64,000 bases of DNA from a plasmid. The notes beneath the pieces were generated by a model. It saw only the letters and a program-made list of their open reading frames with translations. It did not search any database and was not told the origin of the DNA. The DNA lies in the sequence record NZ_CP090789.1. One strand, written 5' to 3'. The position numbers and the translations under genes are program-made. Positions 46,216 to 56,326 of the stretch are shown here, piece by piece; position 1 is the stretch's first letter; each line of letters starts with the position of its first letter.

Positions 46216-47150
46216 TGCACGGCCTTCGGCGACACTTGGCCGTCACCGTTCTTGTGCCGATCGATCAGGAAAATTGCGGCGGCCGCGCAGGTGTTCTTTG
46301 CCAACATGCCGAACGCCGCATCGAGGGGGGCGAAGTGGCTGGTCGCGCCGTGCGCGGTGCCGAAGTGCGTGCGCAGTGCAGCCGCCCCGCCACAAATGGA
46401 CGCGACGCCTCCGAGCAGCTGCTTCAGATCCGGCTGCAATTCCGGTAGAGCCGGCAAGCCTAGGTTGCTCAGGCACTCCTTGAGCAGCGGCGATAGCGAC
46501 TTATCCTTGGGAAGTGCAACGCCGCGCTCCCTCAGGATCGCGGCGCACACCGACTCCAGCATTCGCGTTGAACGCGTGAGCGCGTCCGCCGTTTCCACAT
46601 GCGTGGCGTCGAGCGCGTCTTGCCAGTTCTTCGCCACGGCATCGCTGTTCAGCGCCGCCAGGCTTGCCGTCATCTGGTCGTTGATTTCGCTCGAATCGGC
46701 CGAGAGTATGCTGTCGAGTGCCGCATGTGACTGATCGGCATACCCCTTCCGCTTATTCAATTCGGCACCGAGATTGGCGAGTAGCGATTGCAGCGGCTCT
46801 ATCGCCAGCACGCGGTCGAGCCACAACTGCGAACAGTTGGCGATCGGCTTCCGATGGTAGGAGCGCTCCTCTTCGGCAAGACCCATCGCGTCGTCCGACA
46901 TGTCCTCATCCGAATGGCGGTAGAGCACAAGGAGCTCTTCGCCGTTGTAGCACAGTCGGCCATAAACACCTTCGCCTGGCGCGTCGTACTTGAGCATCGT
47001 GTCATTGCCGGTGACGTAAATCTGTCCGTCACCGAACGCGGCGTTCAGGTCGGCCTCCAACTGCTTGGCCTTCGTGAAGAGCCCGGCTCGGCTCGCCTGA
47101 GTCTCTTGGTGCAGGGCGGCCAGCGCCTTGATCGAATTTTCGGACGTCAT
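46212..47150 (-). CDS. abortive-infection-like protein (Abi_C-like C-terminus)
   Basis: C-terminal LRTHFGTAHG resembles the Abi_C R..G.AHG motif (memory-based); start MTSENSIKAL. Confidence 0.45.
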   Translation of the reverse strand: MTSENSIKALAALHQETQASRAGLFTKAKQLEADLNAAFGDGQIYVTGNDTMLKYDAPGEGVYGRLCYNGEELLVLYRHSDEDMSDDAMGLAEEERSYHRKPIANCSQLWLDRVLAIEPLQSLLANLGAELNKRKGYADQSHAALDSILSADSSEINDQMTASLAALNSDAVAKNWQDALDATHVETADALTRSTRMLESVCAAILRERGVALPKDKSLSPLLKECLSNLGLPALPELQPDLKQLLGGVASICGGAAALRTHFGTAHGATSHFAPLDAAFGMLAKNTCAAAAIFLIDRHKNGDGQVSPKAVQ

Positions 47151-47401
47151 CAGGCGGTCACCGTCCGTTTCGCATAGGCCAGCGCCTCGAATCGGGCGCG
47201 GTCGCCACGCACGCGGGTCGGATCGACTGCGTCGATCGTCGTGACGAGCGCATCCCACAGCGCCAGTGCGCCGCGTGCTTCGCCCATTGCAAGTCCGAGG
47301 CCGTAGGTTCCGATCTCGCACGCAGCCGCGCGTTGCGTCGCGTCGCGGATCTCGCGCTCGGCGCGGTTCGTGAGGGTTTCGTAAATCAAGGTCATCTTCA
47401 A
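47150..47401 (-). CDS. small hypothetical protein (83 aa)
   Basis: Start-stop overlap with the downstream gene. Confidence 0.35.
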   Translation of the reverse strand: MKMTLIYETLTNRAEREIRDATQRAAACEIGTYGLGLAMGEARGALALWDALVTTIDAVDPTRVRGDRARFEALAYAKRTVTA

Positions 47402-47425
47402 GGGTTCTTGTGAATGGGAATGCGG

Positions 47426-47833
47426 TCAACCCGCGACGAAGGCACCGGCATAACCAAGCGCGATCGCGCGACGGTACGCTTCTTGGACGGCGGCCGGCTG
47501 CTCGGTCAACGGTTGGTCGTTTGCCGACCCGGGATGGTAAGCGCTGAAGCCGTCAACTTCCGTGACCCGGCGTGCCATCAGGGTTGCCGGCAAGTCGTCG
47601 CCCAGGCACAGCGTCAGCTCGTGATCGTCGAAGTAACCCAACGGCACAATGTCATCGGACGCGACAGTCGGCGCCGGTGAAGCGGCCCACGCGGTCGACC
47701 AGCGAACCTGTTCGGCGGGCGTGCCTTCATTCACGAGCTTCGAGCCAGTCAGGACGATGCCCCACTCGCCAAATTCGATCAGTGGGCCGGGAATCGTGAT
47801 GCGCTCGACGGTACTGCGAGGGTGATAAGTCAT
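47426..47833 (-). CDS. hypothetical protein (135 aa), first gene of the operon
   Basis: RBS AGGAGA before ATG. Confidence 0.5.
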   Translation of the reverse strand: MTYHPRSTVERITIPGPLIEFGEWGIVLTGSKLVNEGTPAEQVRWSTAWAASPAPTVASDDIVPLGYFDDHELTLCLGDDLPATLMARRVTEVDGFSAYHPGSANDQPLTEQPAAVQEAYRRAIALGYAGAFVAG

Positions 47834-47875
47834 GGTGGTGTGGTCTCCTGCAGGTTGATCAGTAGATTCGGCTGT

Positions 47876-47982
47876 TCAGTTGAACAGCGTCGATAGCGTA
47901 CTAAGCAAGACGGCCAGGGCCGTCAGGCCGGCGGCGATCATGTTCAAGGTCGCCAGCCCTTGCGACCGGGACGGCGAGCTCA
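47876..47982 (-). CDS. 35-aa hydrophobic peptide translationally coupled to the upstream gene
   Basis: ATGA overlap; MSSPSRSQGLATLNMIAAGLTALAVLLSTLSTLFN (single TM). Confidence 0.25.
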
Positions 47983-48789
47983 TGGCCGACGCTCCATGGG
48001 TTCCGCCGCGCACTCGGGGACAGTCGCAGCAGCCGCGCTAGGTGTCGCGGAAGGGAGCGCGCCGGTTCTGAGCAGTGCAGCCGAGCGTCGATCGAACTCG
48101 TTAGGCCGAAGCGCCATCCGGACCCGGTGGCACCATCGTGGCCAGCGCGAAAACACGAAGCGATCGAGGAAGTAGTTCGCCAGCGTCGCGTGCTCGACGC
48201 ACAGCCGCCAGTCCGCGTAGCGCTGCGCGTCGGAGGTCGGGATGGAAACGAACCGTGCCCGGCCCTCGACCCCTGCTCCTGGGGCTGCCTCGTACGCGAC
48301 GCGACGTGCGCCCATGCTGTCCTCGAAGGCGCGGTGAATCATCTGGCACTGGGACAGGTGGCTGTACAGGCGGGGGTCGATGTCGGACAGCTGGCCGATC
48401 GCCGGCGTGTGCAGCGCGAACAGGCTCGGCCGCCGATCGGCGAGCTTCCCGACCACGAACATGACCCGGCCCTTGGCCCGAAGCGGTGGGTCGACGCCCG
48501 CCACCTGCTGCGACGCCTCGGCGGCTCGCGCCAGGCTCATGCCGGCCGCGGTCAGCTGTTGCAGGTCGGGCAAGATCATGCCGGCCGCGATGCGGCGTTC
48601 GCGACTGCGGGCGGCGCCGGCCACGATCCATGCGCCGGCCACGCCGAGCAGACCGCCGGTCGTCGCACCGATCAGGGTCTGCCAGCGGTCGAGCTGGTCC
48701 CAAAAGCCGTCCGGCGCGGCGGCCGGGACCGACACCGGCTGGCACATCTGCGCGGCCGTGGCGGTCAGTTGATAGAGCATGGCGGTCAT
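47980..48789 (-). CDS. hypothetical membrane protein (269 aa)
   Basis: N-terminal TM segment; good coding statistics. Confidence 0.5.
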   Translation of the reverse strand: MTAMLYQLTATAAQMCQPVSVPAAAPDGFWDQLDRWQTLIGATTGGLLGVAGAWIVAGAARSRERRIAAGMILPDLQQLTAAGMSLARAAEASQQVAGVDPPLRAKGRVMFVVGKLADRRPSLFALHTPAIGQLSDIDPRLYSHLSQCQMIHRAFEDSMGARRVAYEAAPGAGVEGRARFVSIPTSDAQRYADWRLCVEHATLANYFLDRFVFSRWPRWCHRVRMALRPNEFDRRSAALLRTGALPSATPSAAAATVPECAAEPMERRP

Positions 48790-48836
48790 CTCAGGTGTTG
48801 TTCTCAGACAAGGTCGTGTCGATCAGCGAGTGCGCT

Positions 48837-49275
48837 TCAGGTCGCGAGGCCGTGGTCGGCCAGGAATCGCTCGAGGCGCTGCAGGATGTTTTTGCCGAAT
48901 GCAACCATCTCCAATCGCGTGCCGTCCGGCCAGCTCACCCACCGCTCCCCGTCGTCGTTGATGGCGACCGCGTTGATGGCTGCCCCGCCTATGGCACCGC
49001 TGTTGTGGTCGGTTGCCGGGTCCGGCCGCTTGAACTCCAGTTTCATGTGCTTCGCCTTGTTGGCGACGTCCGCGCAGAGCAGCAGGTCCGGCTCCTGCCG
49101 CAACGCGTGACGGTCGGCTTCAGCGATTTCCCCTTTGAGGTAGTCGGTGACGTGGTACGCAGTGACGAAGAAATTGAACACGTGGTCGATCGACGGCTCG
49201 CGGGCCAGGCGGGCGAGCTCGCGCCGAGCCTTGCGCAGCATCGCCGCGGCGTCCGTCAGTTCGAAAAAGCCCATG
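48837..49275 (-). CDS. hypothetical protein (146 aa)
   Basis: Start MGFFELTDAAAML; no domain call. Confidence 0.4.
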
Positions 49276-49775
49276 CGTGACCTCTCGGGGGCCGCCCGCC
49301 CCTCGCGGGGCGGCCCAAGGTTGAACAACCTGCAGCCCGCAAGGTATCCGACTCGGAGACGGCGCACCACAGGGACACGGGTCGCGGCCGCTACGCCGCG
49401 GGACTCACAGGGGCTGCAGCCGCGCAGTTGCGCGAACAGCAGCCCGAGCATCAGGACGGACACCGCCCAACCCCGCCAATCATCTGGCATGGGACACCTC
49501 GCTACCGGATAGCCGACCGGGTCGCCCGCCGGCGGTCTCGGGGCAGGTCGCGCATCGGCCTGCGCTTCGTATAGCTCGGCCGAGCCGCGTGTTCGACGCC
49601 AAACCGCCGAAACTGCGCGAACCTAGGGAAACTACCTACTTTCCGCCCCTCCCCGCTCAGGGCCAAAGCGCACTCTCGGGATTCTATGGGATTAAATGCA
49701 ATGCCGCTAATAAGAATTAGCGGCATTGAGTGGCTTAAAAGAAAAACCCGACCGCGGCCGGGTTCTTGCTGCATC

Positions 49776-49976
49776 TTACTGCTCGACGTTGCTTTGCGTG
49801 ACCGATTTCGGCAGTGGAACACCCCATTCCGTCATCAGTTTCGCTGCTCCGTCCCAGATGAGATCGAGAACGTGGCCGTCCTCGTCATCTGGATCCAAGT
49901 GTTGGTCCTTGGCGGATTCCCGCCAAGCTTCATGCCAAGCTTCTTCGCGCTTGGCTTCTTCAAGGTCGATCGACAT
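49776..49976 (-). CDS. small acidic hypothetical protein (66 aa)
   Basis: RBS AGGGAG; followed by hairpin terminator 49745-49768. Confidence 0.45.
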   Translation of the reverse strand: MSIDLEEAKREEAWHEAWRESAKDQHLDPDDEDGHVLDLIWDGAAKLMTEWGVPLPKSVTQSNVEQ

Positions 49977-50380
49977 TGGATCGGCTCCCTACTGGTTTGC
50001 CGCCAGGTCTGCTCACTGCCACGGCCGCCGGGCGCTTCACGCCACGATAGCGATCTCGCGGGTTCCGGCGCCGCAATTTTACAGAACCAGGAGCCATTCG
50101 TCACTCCCGGACCGGCTGCGGTCCTCAGGGCGTCGCCCCAAGCGGCTTGGCGGGCCTTTCTCGGTCCACGGTTCTCGCCGGCTTCTGCGTCCACGCAGCG
50201 CATGAAAATACGGTTCGCGCAGCTGGCCTGTCTGGCTTAAACCTCCATCGCGCCCCGCTCGAGTTCTTTGAGCGCGATCGCATCTGTCTCCGCCTCGCCC
50301 ATCGCTAGCTTTGCCTCACTTCGGGAATCCGCCGCGTCGTTGCGCGGCAAATTAGCTGCGTAGTTTCGTATCAGCTCATA

Positions 50381-51115
50381 CGATAGCTATCCGATAGCTT
50401 ATGCCGCAATAGCCGGAGCCCACGACAAGCCCGAACGCTCGCGTCTCAGCGAGATTGATAGACGATATCGGATAGCTATCTGATAGCATCGTCGCGCCAT
50501 TAAGGACCGGTTCCGTTGAAGCAGTCACCGGCGGGTCACCGCCCTGTCATGGCGACCTCAGTAGTTGTGCAAGGGCATTCCGCCGCTTTAGGCGGTATCG
50601 GATAGCTAGCTAGTAGCCACCTGATAGCGCAGGTCAGATCTCTGCGTCTTTACGATGCGCCGAAGCGGGCTTACCCGTACCGCCCCAATAAAAGCTATCG
50701 GATAGCTATCTGATAGTAGCGGTAGCGTACCCCGTGACTGCGTCCGGTCCCGTAGTCACGGCAGAGTCACGGTCTCCGTGACTCCATTGTCACGCGTAAG
50801 GCAAACGACGTGACTGGGCCGTAGCGTCAAAGGACGGGTCTCCGCTTACCTTGATATCCGCTAGCTATCTGATAGCCGAGATCTCCAAACAAGATAGCTG
50901 ATAGCTATCCGATAGCATCAGCGCTTGAAAAACAATCATCGGTCACCGCTCGGCCAGCTTGCGGCTATCCGATAGCTACCTGATATCATTCCGATACATG
51001 GCCCGCGCGGTATTGGAAGCTATTCAATGCAGGCTCGGTTCGAAGTATGCGCCATGGTATCCGATAGCTATCGGATACCTATTGTCTCCCTTTATCGGGT
51101 AGCTATCCGATAGCT
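50381..51115. repeat. parS: centromere-like array: at least 9 copies of the GATAGCTATC(C/T)GATAGC-type palindromic repeat upstream of parA
   Basis: Copies at about 50381, 50467, 50597, 50694, 50853, 50893, 50963, 51057 (perfect 24-bp palindrome GGTATCCGATAGCTATCGGATACC) and 51095. Confidence 0.7.
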
Positions 51116-51142
51116 TACGTTTGATGCACGGAGGTACAACTG

Positions 51143-51829
51143 ATGCCAGTTATCGTATTCGTTAGCCCTAAGGGTGGGGTCGGAAAGACGACCTCCGCCT
51201 TGGTCTTGGCGGACCAACTCGCTCGCCAAACAGAAGTTACCGTCATTGATGCAGATCCGAACAAGCCGGTCGCGATGTGGGCCGCAGGGGGCGCTAAGCC
51301 GGAAAAGCTGCATGTTGTCTCTGACGCGGACGAAGAAAACATCATCGACAAGATCGAAGAAGCTGCAGCGAAGACGCCTTTTGTGATCGTCGACCTCGAA
51401 GGCACTGCTGCAAAGATCGTCATTCTTGCGGTAAGCCAGGCGGACCTGATTGTGATCCCAATGCAGGGATCGCAGCTCGATGCCTCTCAAGCATCTCGTG
51501 CTCTCAAGGTCGTGCAACAACAGGAAAAAATGTCCCGTCGGAAGGTTCCATATGGCGTGCTCCTGACGCGGACAAGTCCCATCATCAGGACCAAAACGAT
51601 GAAGCATCTGACGGGCTCTTTTGAATCAGCTGGGATTGATCTCTTCTCCACGGAGTTGAACGAGCGTGAAGCATTCAAGGCGATGTTTTCGTTCGCCGTT
51701 CCGCTCGACAAGCTTGATCCAAAAGAAGTATCGAACCTCGACAAAGCCGTCGCCAACGCCGAAGAGTTCGCGAGCGAAGTTATCGCGAAGCTGCGGAAAG
51801 AAATGGCTCAATCGCAACAGGTGGCATAA
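51143..51829 (+). CDS. parA: ParA partition ATPase (small type Ib)
   Basis: Deviant Walker A SPKGGVGKTT; 228 aa. Confidence 0.9.
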   Translation: MPVIVFVSPKGGVGKTTSALVLADQLARQTEVTVIDADPNKPVAMWAAGGAKPEKLHVVSDADEENIIDKIEEAAAKTPFVIVDLEGTAAKIVILAVSQADLIVIPMQGSQLDASQASRALKVVQQQEKMSRRKVPYGVLLTRTSPIIRTKTMKHLTGSFESAGIDLFSTELNEREAFKAMFSFAVPLDKLDPKEVSNLDKAVANAEEFASEVIAKLRKEMAQSQQVA

Positions 51830-52270
51830 ATGGAGCGCAAAAGTCCATTTGACTTGGCTGGCTTTGAGCCGCGCCAACCTAGTCGACAAGAAACTCGGCC
51901 TTCTCCCGAGGTAGTGGACCGGATCGCGGCAGAGACGGGCTTCCCGAGCAGATCCCCAGCGCTCGATTCCAAAAGCGGCGGTGGTGGAGTAGCGGAGACG
52001 GAGCCCACCTTCGCACCGGTCAGTGCGCGAACAGTTGCGACGGTGAGCTCGCAAGCAGCCGCGAGATTCGAATCAGGACCGACGGACCTCCCCGCAGATA
52101 ATCGTCGGAGAACCGGCCGGAACATTCAAAAGAACTTCAAACTGACCGCTCAGAACATCGTCGACCTCGAGTTCGAAGCTTCTCATGCGCGGATCACGTT
52201 CGGCGAGGTCGTCGAGCGAGGGATCGCTGCAATTCGGAAACTCCGTGAAATGGGGATAGACGATTACTGA
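51830..52270 (+). CDS. ParG/ParB-like small partition protein (ribbon-helix-helix type)
   Basis: Directly coupled downstream of parA; disordered N-terminus and structured C-terminus. Confidence 0.5.
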   Translation: MERKSPFDLAGFEPRQPSRQETRPSPEVVDRIAAETGFPSRSPALDSKSGGGGVAETEPTFAPVSARTVATVSSQAAARFESGPTDLPADNRRRTGRNIQKNFKLTAQNIVDLEFEASHARITFGEVVERGIAAIRKLREMGIDDY

Positions 52271-52276
52271 TTCCCC

Positions 52277-52330
52277 TCTGATAGCTAGCTGATAGCTAGC
52301 TGATAGCTATCCGATAGCCATCGGATACTA
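52277..52330. repeat. second cluster of GATAGC-type centromere repeats downstream of parG
   Basis: CTGATAGCTAGCTGATAGCTAGCTGATAGCTATCCGATAGCCATCGGATAC. Confidence 0.6.
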
Positions 52331-52452
52331 GCTAGGGCAAAAGAAGGGGTAGCGGCGCGACTCGAGAGATCGGTTAAGGACTTTCTATCTCTACTTAGAG
52401 CAAGCCCCGTAGGGGCGCGCAGGCCCGTAAGGGCGTGGCCGCGGGGAGGCGG

Positions 52453-52620
52453 TGGGCAACTTGGGGACCCCGGAGCGAAGCTTCCGGGGCTGTGCACAAC
52501 CCTGTGTTGTGCGCAGCCAAGTTGTCCACGGACGGGCGCGATACAACCGCTTGCCCTTGATAGCTCACTGGTGTTGTTATTTAAGAAACAACAACCTTTT
52601 AAAACCTTTAGGACGCTGAG
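52453..52620. promoter_or_regulatory. oriV: oriV-associated structure: nested inverted repeats, DnaA-box-like TTGTCCACG and an AT-rich stretch
   Basis: GTGGGCAACTTGG...CCAAGTTGTCCAC (13-bp arms) enclosing GCACAACCCTGTGTTGTGC; AT-rich GTTGTTATTTAAGAAACAACAACCTTTTAAAACC. Confidence 0.45.
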
Positions 52621-52811
52621 ATGCCCACGGGACGTGCCTTTGCGGGCATATAGGTCGTACTTTGTGGGTCGTACGGTCGGAGTCTATGGGGCCGTATCGG
52701 ACTGAATGGTCGGGCTTTATGGGAAAGGTCAGGGTTCATGGGGTGAATTAGAAGGTTCAAATGTACGTCATAACCCCCTGAATCTATGAAGTTTTCAATG
52801 CCGTCCTCTCA

Positions 52812-53410
52812 GAGGTCATGGTTTGTGGGGCGATGGGTCGGCGTTTGTGGGGCATGGCTTCGCAAACTTGGTGAAACTCGGTGCGCATGGTCGAAAAGTC
52901 GTTCTTTATGGGGCGGACATGCGCGGAGAGTGACCGCTAACACACGCGTAAGCCATTGATTCACAACAAGCTAGCAAGAGGTCATGGTTTGTGGGGCGGC
53001 TGGCCGATGTATCGGCCGGCAGTTCTTGCGCTGCAGAAAGGTCATAGTCTGTGGGGCGGAGGCCGCGCCTCGACTGCTCTACGCCTCCGGCTAACCTCTC
53101 CCCCCGGGATCGGCGAAAAGTCATGGTTTGTGGGGCAACCCGACAAAGTAGACGAGGTGCCACGCGAGTTTAGAAGTCGTGGTTTGTGGGGCGCGTAAAA
53201 GGTCGTGGTTTGTGGGGAGTCGAAAGGTAATGGTTTGTGGGGGGGCGGGCGAAAGGTCGGTGTTTATGGGGAATTCAGTGCGCCCGTCCATGAGCTGGAT
53301 ACGCGGCTGACCGTGACGTTCGAGACGCCGCACTAATAGGTCATGGTTTATGGGCAGCCGAAAGGTCGGGATTTGTGGGGATGACATCAAAGGTCATGTT
53401 GTTTGGCTTG
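52812..53410. repeat. iteron array: at least 13 copies of A(A/G)GTC(A/G)TGGTTTGTGGGG upstream of repA
   Basis: Copies at 52812, 52896, 52979, 53039, 53118, 53174, 53199, 53225, 53254, 53339, 53363, 53391 and more; degenerate copies also at 52640-52790. Confidence 0.8.
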
Positions 53411-53459
53411 AAGGCATTACCTTTCGCGTCTAGAATGAAGCGCAAAACGCGAGGTAATA

Positions 53460-54680
53460 ATGGGATCACCAAAAGCAGCTTCGACCGCGAGCTCAAACGC
53501 GGTATCCACTGAGCTTCGCAAGCATGTCGCGACGGTCCACGTAGGGGGTGACCTCGGGCTCCTTGATCGCAAGCTGGTGAACGTCTTGGCCTTGAACGCT
53601 TACGACGAACTACTTACCAAGAAGACACATTCAATCCCAGTCAGAATCATGAGCGAAATGCTCGGATTCGATAGCAAAAATACCGACGCGCTGAAGAAGG
53701 CGCTCAAGAAGATCACGACTACGCCGATCGAGTTTGACTTGCTGCACGCGAGTGGCGAGAGTGACTGGGACGTGTCGACGTTGCTAAGCCACGCAGGTAT
53801 TAAGAACGGGGTTTGTACCTACGAGTACAGCAATTGGCTGGCAAACAAGCTAGCCAATCCGGACATCTACTTGCTGATCAACATCAACGTGCAGAAGCAG
53901 TTCAACGGTGCATATGCCCTCGCGCTGTATGAGAATTGTCTGCGCTTCAAGCGCACCGGATCTACGGGTTGGATTTCCGTGGAAATGTGGCGGAAGCTGC
54001 TTGGCGCAGAGGCAAGCACCTACGACGAGTTCAAGCATTTCAATGGCGAAGTGATCAAGAAGGCGGTGAAGGAGGTCAATACCGTTTCCAATATCATTGT
54101 GACGCCTGAATATAGGCGCGCCAACCGACGCGTAACAGACATCAGATTTCTGATAGAGGAGAACCCTCAAGCGTCCGTCTACGACGGGAACGATGACACT
54201 GAGCACGCGGCGATCCGGTCTTCGGAGACATACCGGCGCCTTCGCGATCTCGGCATCGCGGATCGCCTCGCGACGCTATGGATCCAGCAAGAGCCAGACC
54301 GAGCCGCAAGGGCTGTTGACTACGTCGAGGACAAACGCCGCCGTAACCAGATTAAGGGCAACGCTGCGGGCTATCTACGAACTGTTTTCGAAGGCGGTAG
54401 TAGCCTAGAGGTTGATTCGGCGCCGCCACGCGAAAAGGCAGGGCAGCCCGCCGTCGCCAGTAAAGAGCGTGAGACTGAAGCGGAGCAACGGGCGGCAGCA
54501 ATCTCCGCCGCGATCAGAGCCCTTACGACAGAGGAGCGGCATGCATACGTGATGCAGTACGTTGCTGATGGTGGGAAGGCAACGTCCTACTTGGAAGCGA
54601 ACGCCACGTTTCGGAATGTGCTGGAGCGCACCGCGTACACATCGTGGTTGCGAGCGAAGATCGGGGCGACCCTCGGGTGA
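53460..54680 (+). CDS. repA: iteron-type plasmid replication initiator RepA
   Basis: 406 aa; located directly downstream of the iteron array; winged-helix Rep-like composition. Confidence 0.75.
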   Translation: MGSPKAASTASSNAVSTELRKHVATVHVGGDLGLLDRKLVNVLALNAYDELLTKKTHSIPVRIMSEMLGFDSKNTDALKKALKKITTTPIEFDLLHASGESDWDVSTLLSHAGIKNGVCTYEYSNWLANKLANPDIYLLININVQKQFNGAYALALYENCLRFKRTGSTGWISVEMWRKLLGAEASTYDEFKHFNGEVIKKAVKEVNTVSNIIVTPEYRRANRRVTDIRFLIEENPQASVYDGNDDTEHAAIRSSETYRRLRDLGIADRLATLWIQQEPDRAARAVDYVEDKRRRNQIKGNAAGYLRTVFEGGSSLEVDSAPPREKAGQPAVASKERETEAEQRAAAISAAIRALTTEERHAYVMQYVADGGKATSYLEANATFRNVLERTAYTSWLRAKIGATLG

Positions 54681-54761
54681 ACGGCTGATAACCAAACGAA
54701 TGGTTGCAATGGCTCGGAGTGGGCCACCGTCTCGGTCCGCATCCGATAAAGCTGTAAGCGG

Positions 54762-55013
54762 CTATTCGTCGGACTCGTTCGGTTCAACGCCGCGTTGATG
54801 CCATTCGAGAATTTCTCGAACATACGCCCGGCCCATTGCGGGAAGTGCCCGAAAGTCTGATGATTCGGAGGGAAGTAACCACTTATCCAGGGTGCGGATT
54901 GGAACGCTGATGCGCGCGGCAAACTCGGCGCGCGTCATACCGAGCACCTCCATTGCATGGCGGAGCTCATCTTGCTGCGATACGTCGACGGACTTCTTCT
55001 TTCTCGTGGCCAT
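54762..55013 (-). CDS. small HTH (XRE-family) regulator
   Basis: LGMTRAEFAARISVPIRTLDKW helix-turn-helix; start MATRKKK. Confidence 0.5.
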   Translation of the reverse strand: MATRKKKSVDVSQQDELRHAMEVLGMTRAEFAARISVPIRTLDKWLLPSESSDFRALPAMGRAYVREILEWHQRGVEPNESDE

Positions 55014-55335
55014 GTGTTGGCTGAGTGGCCTGGATACCAGGCAAATTGTTATCTCAACTGGCGTGCCTCGACCCATCGCGCAGTAGTGCTCGATGCGTTT
55101 GTGAAGATGTTCGGAGCACGCCGCGTTCCCCCTTCCTGCTTGCCATATCCCCGGTGGGGATATAACATGGAGCGGTGGCGATAGTGTATCTGAACAGTGT
55201 AGCAGCGGATAGTTCGCGCTCACCCGCACTCCCGCTGACCACGGTTACGTATGAAAAATCTGAGGTATTTGGTCGCATCCGCAGTGCGTTGCTCCGGAGC
55301 GGCCCCGTTTATCGCCGTTCCTGCTACCCACCGAC

Positions 55336-55698
55336 ATGAGATCTATCAGCGTTGAAAAGATCCTCGTTGCGAAGCGACACGCGATGGGCTTGTACTTCCA
55401 TGTCGTCTGTCCGTTTGATGACGACGATGGGTATGACAGGTTCTTGTCGTTCCGATCGAGTGAAGAGATGGTTGCGAGTGAAGAGTGGGGCGACATCACT
55501 CTTCAGGCCGCGTCCAGGCTATACGCGCTCGAGCAGCTGCAGAAAATTGTCAGAAGCGAAGCCATACGTACCTTGTGCGTTTTCCTCGACGTCAGCCCGG
55601 ACATCGCCGCGACGGCGCTAGCCCGCGTCAAGACCTCAGGCTCTGGCGAGACGGGCATTTATACCCGCTGCCGATACGATGGCGTAATTTTCGAATAA
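55336..55698 (+). CDS. hypothetical protein (120 aa)
   Basis: ORF with typical codon bias. Confidence 0.4.
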   Translation: MRSISVEKILVAKRHAMGLYFHVVCPFDDDDGYDRFLSFRSSEEMVASEEWGDITLQAASRLYALEQLQKIVRSEAIRTLCVFLDVSPDIAATALARVKTSGSGETGIYTRCRYDGVIFE

Positions 55699-55717
55699 CG
55701 GTAGAGAAGAGGGCACA

Positions 55718-56326
55718 ATGTCACGATCCGGTTACAGAGAAAGAACGGCGACAGCGGCGCTGCACGGCGGTCAGGTTTCCCGCTCAGTCCGCGATGACTG
55801 GGCGGGCGTCGAGCCCGCGCATACATACAAAGAATGCGCGCCCCAGCTTGTGCTTCGACCCGACGGGGCACAGCTCGTGCCGACAGTCTCGCGACTGCTT
55901 ATTGAGCTCGTTGCTCTGATATCGATCGCAAGGTACGCTCATTTGCACCATTGGAACTTTCCTTGGTGGCTCCCTCTTGGAGCAGCGACAATTCTCTTTG
56001 CCCGCGCCGGCTGGATTTGGTTGGGGCTGAAGACTGACAGCGCCGTAGTTGACCGGGCCAGGATCACCTTCCATCGCGGCGTGCTAAATCGGGCCTCTTC
56101 GAGTGTGGAGTTCGCGAGAATTCAGAACGTTCTGGCGTATCAAGCCTGGTGGCAGCGGCCGTTCCGAATCGGCACGGTGCTGATTCAGACCACCGACAGG
56201 TCGTCGAAGAATTGGGCGATCGCAGGCGTGTCGCGCCCGCATGAGATGCGCGAGCGCATCCTCCGTGCCGCACTGGCGACACGCCACTATCACGGCACTT
56301 CTGAAGCCCTTATTGGGGCGTTGTGA
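55718..56326 (+). CDS. bacterial PH-domain (YdbS/YdbT-like) membrane protein
   Basis: Two TM helices followed by a PH-like region (RITFHRGVLNRASSSVEFARIQNV). Confidence 0.45.
   Translation: MSRSGYRERTATAALHGGQVSRSVRDDWAGVEPAHTYKECAPQLVLRPDGAQLVPTVSRLLIELVALISIARYAHLHHWNFPWWLPLGAATILFARAGWIWLGLKTDSAVVDRARITFHRGVLNRASSSVEFARIQNVLAYQAWWQRPFRIGTVLIQTTDRSSKNWAIAGVSRPHEMRERILRAALATRHYHGTSEALIGAL

Noticed and set aside
52812-53410. Regularly repeated 18–22-bp units that could be mistaken for a CRISPR array
   Set aside because: The repeats are degenerate. Spacers are very short (about 5–10 bp) or irregular (up to 65 bp). The array sits directly upstream of a Rep gene. It is an iteron origin, not a CRISPR array.
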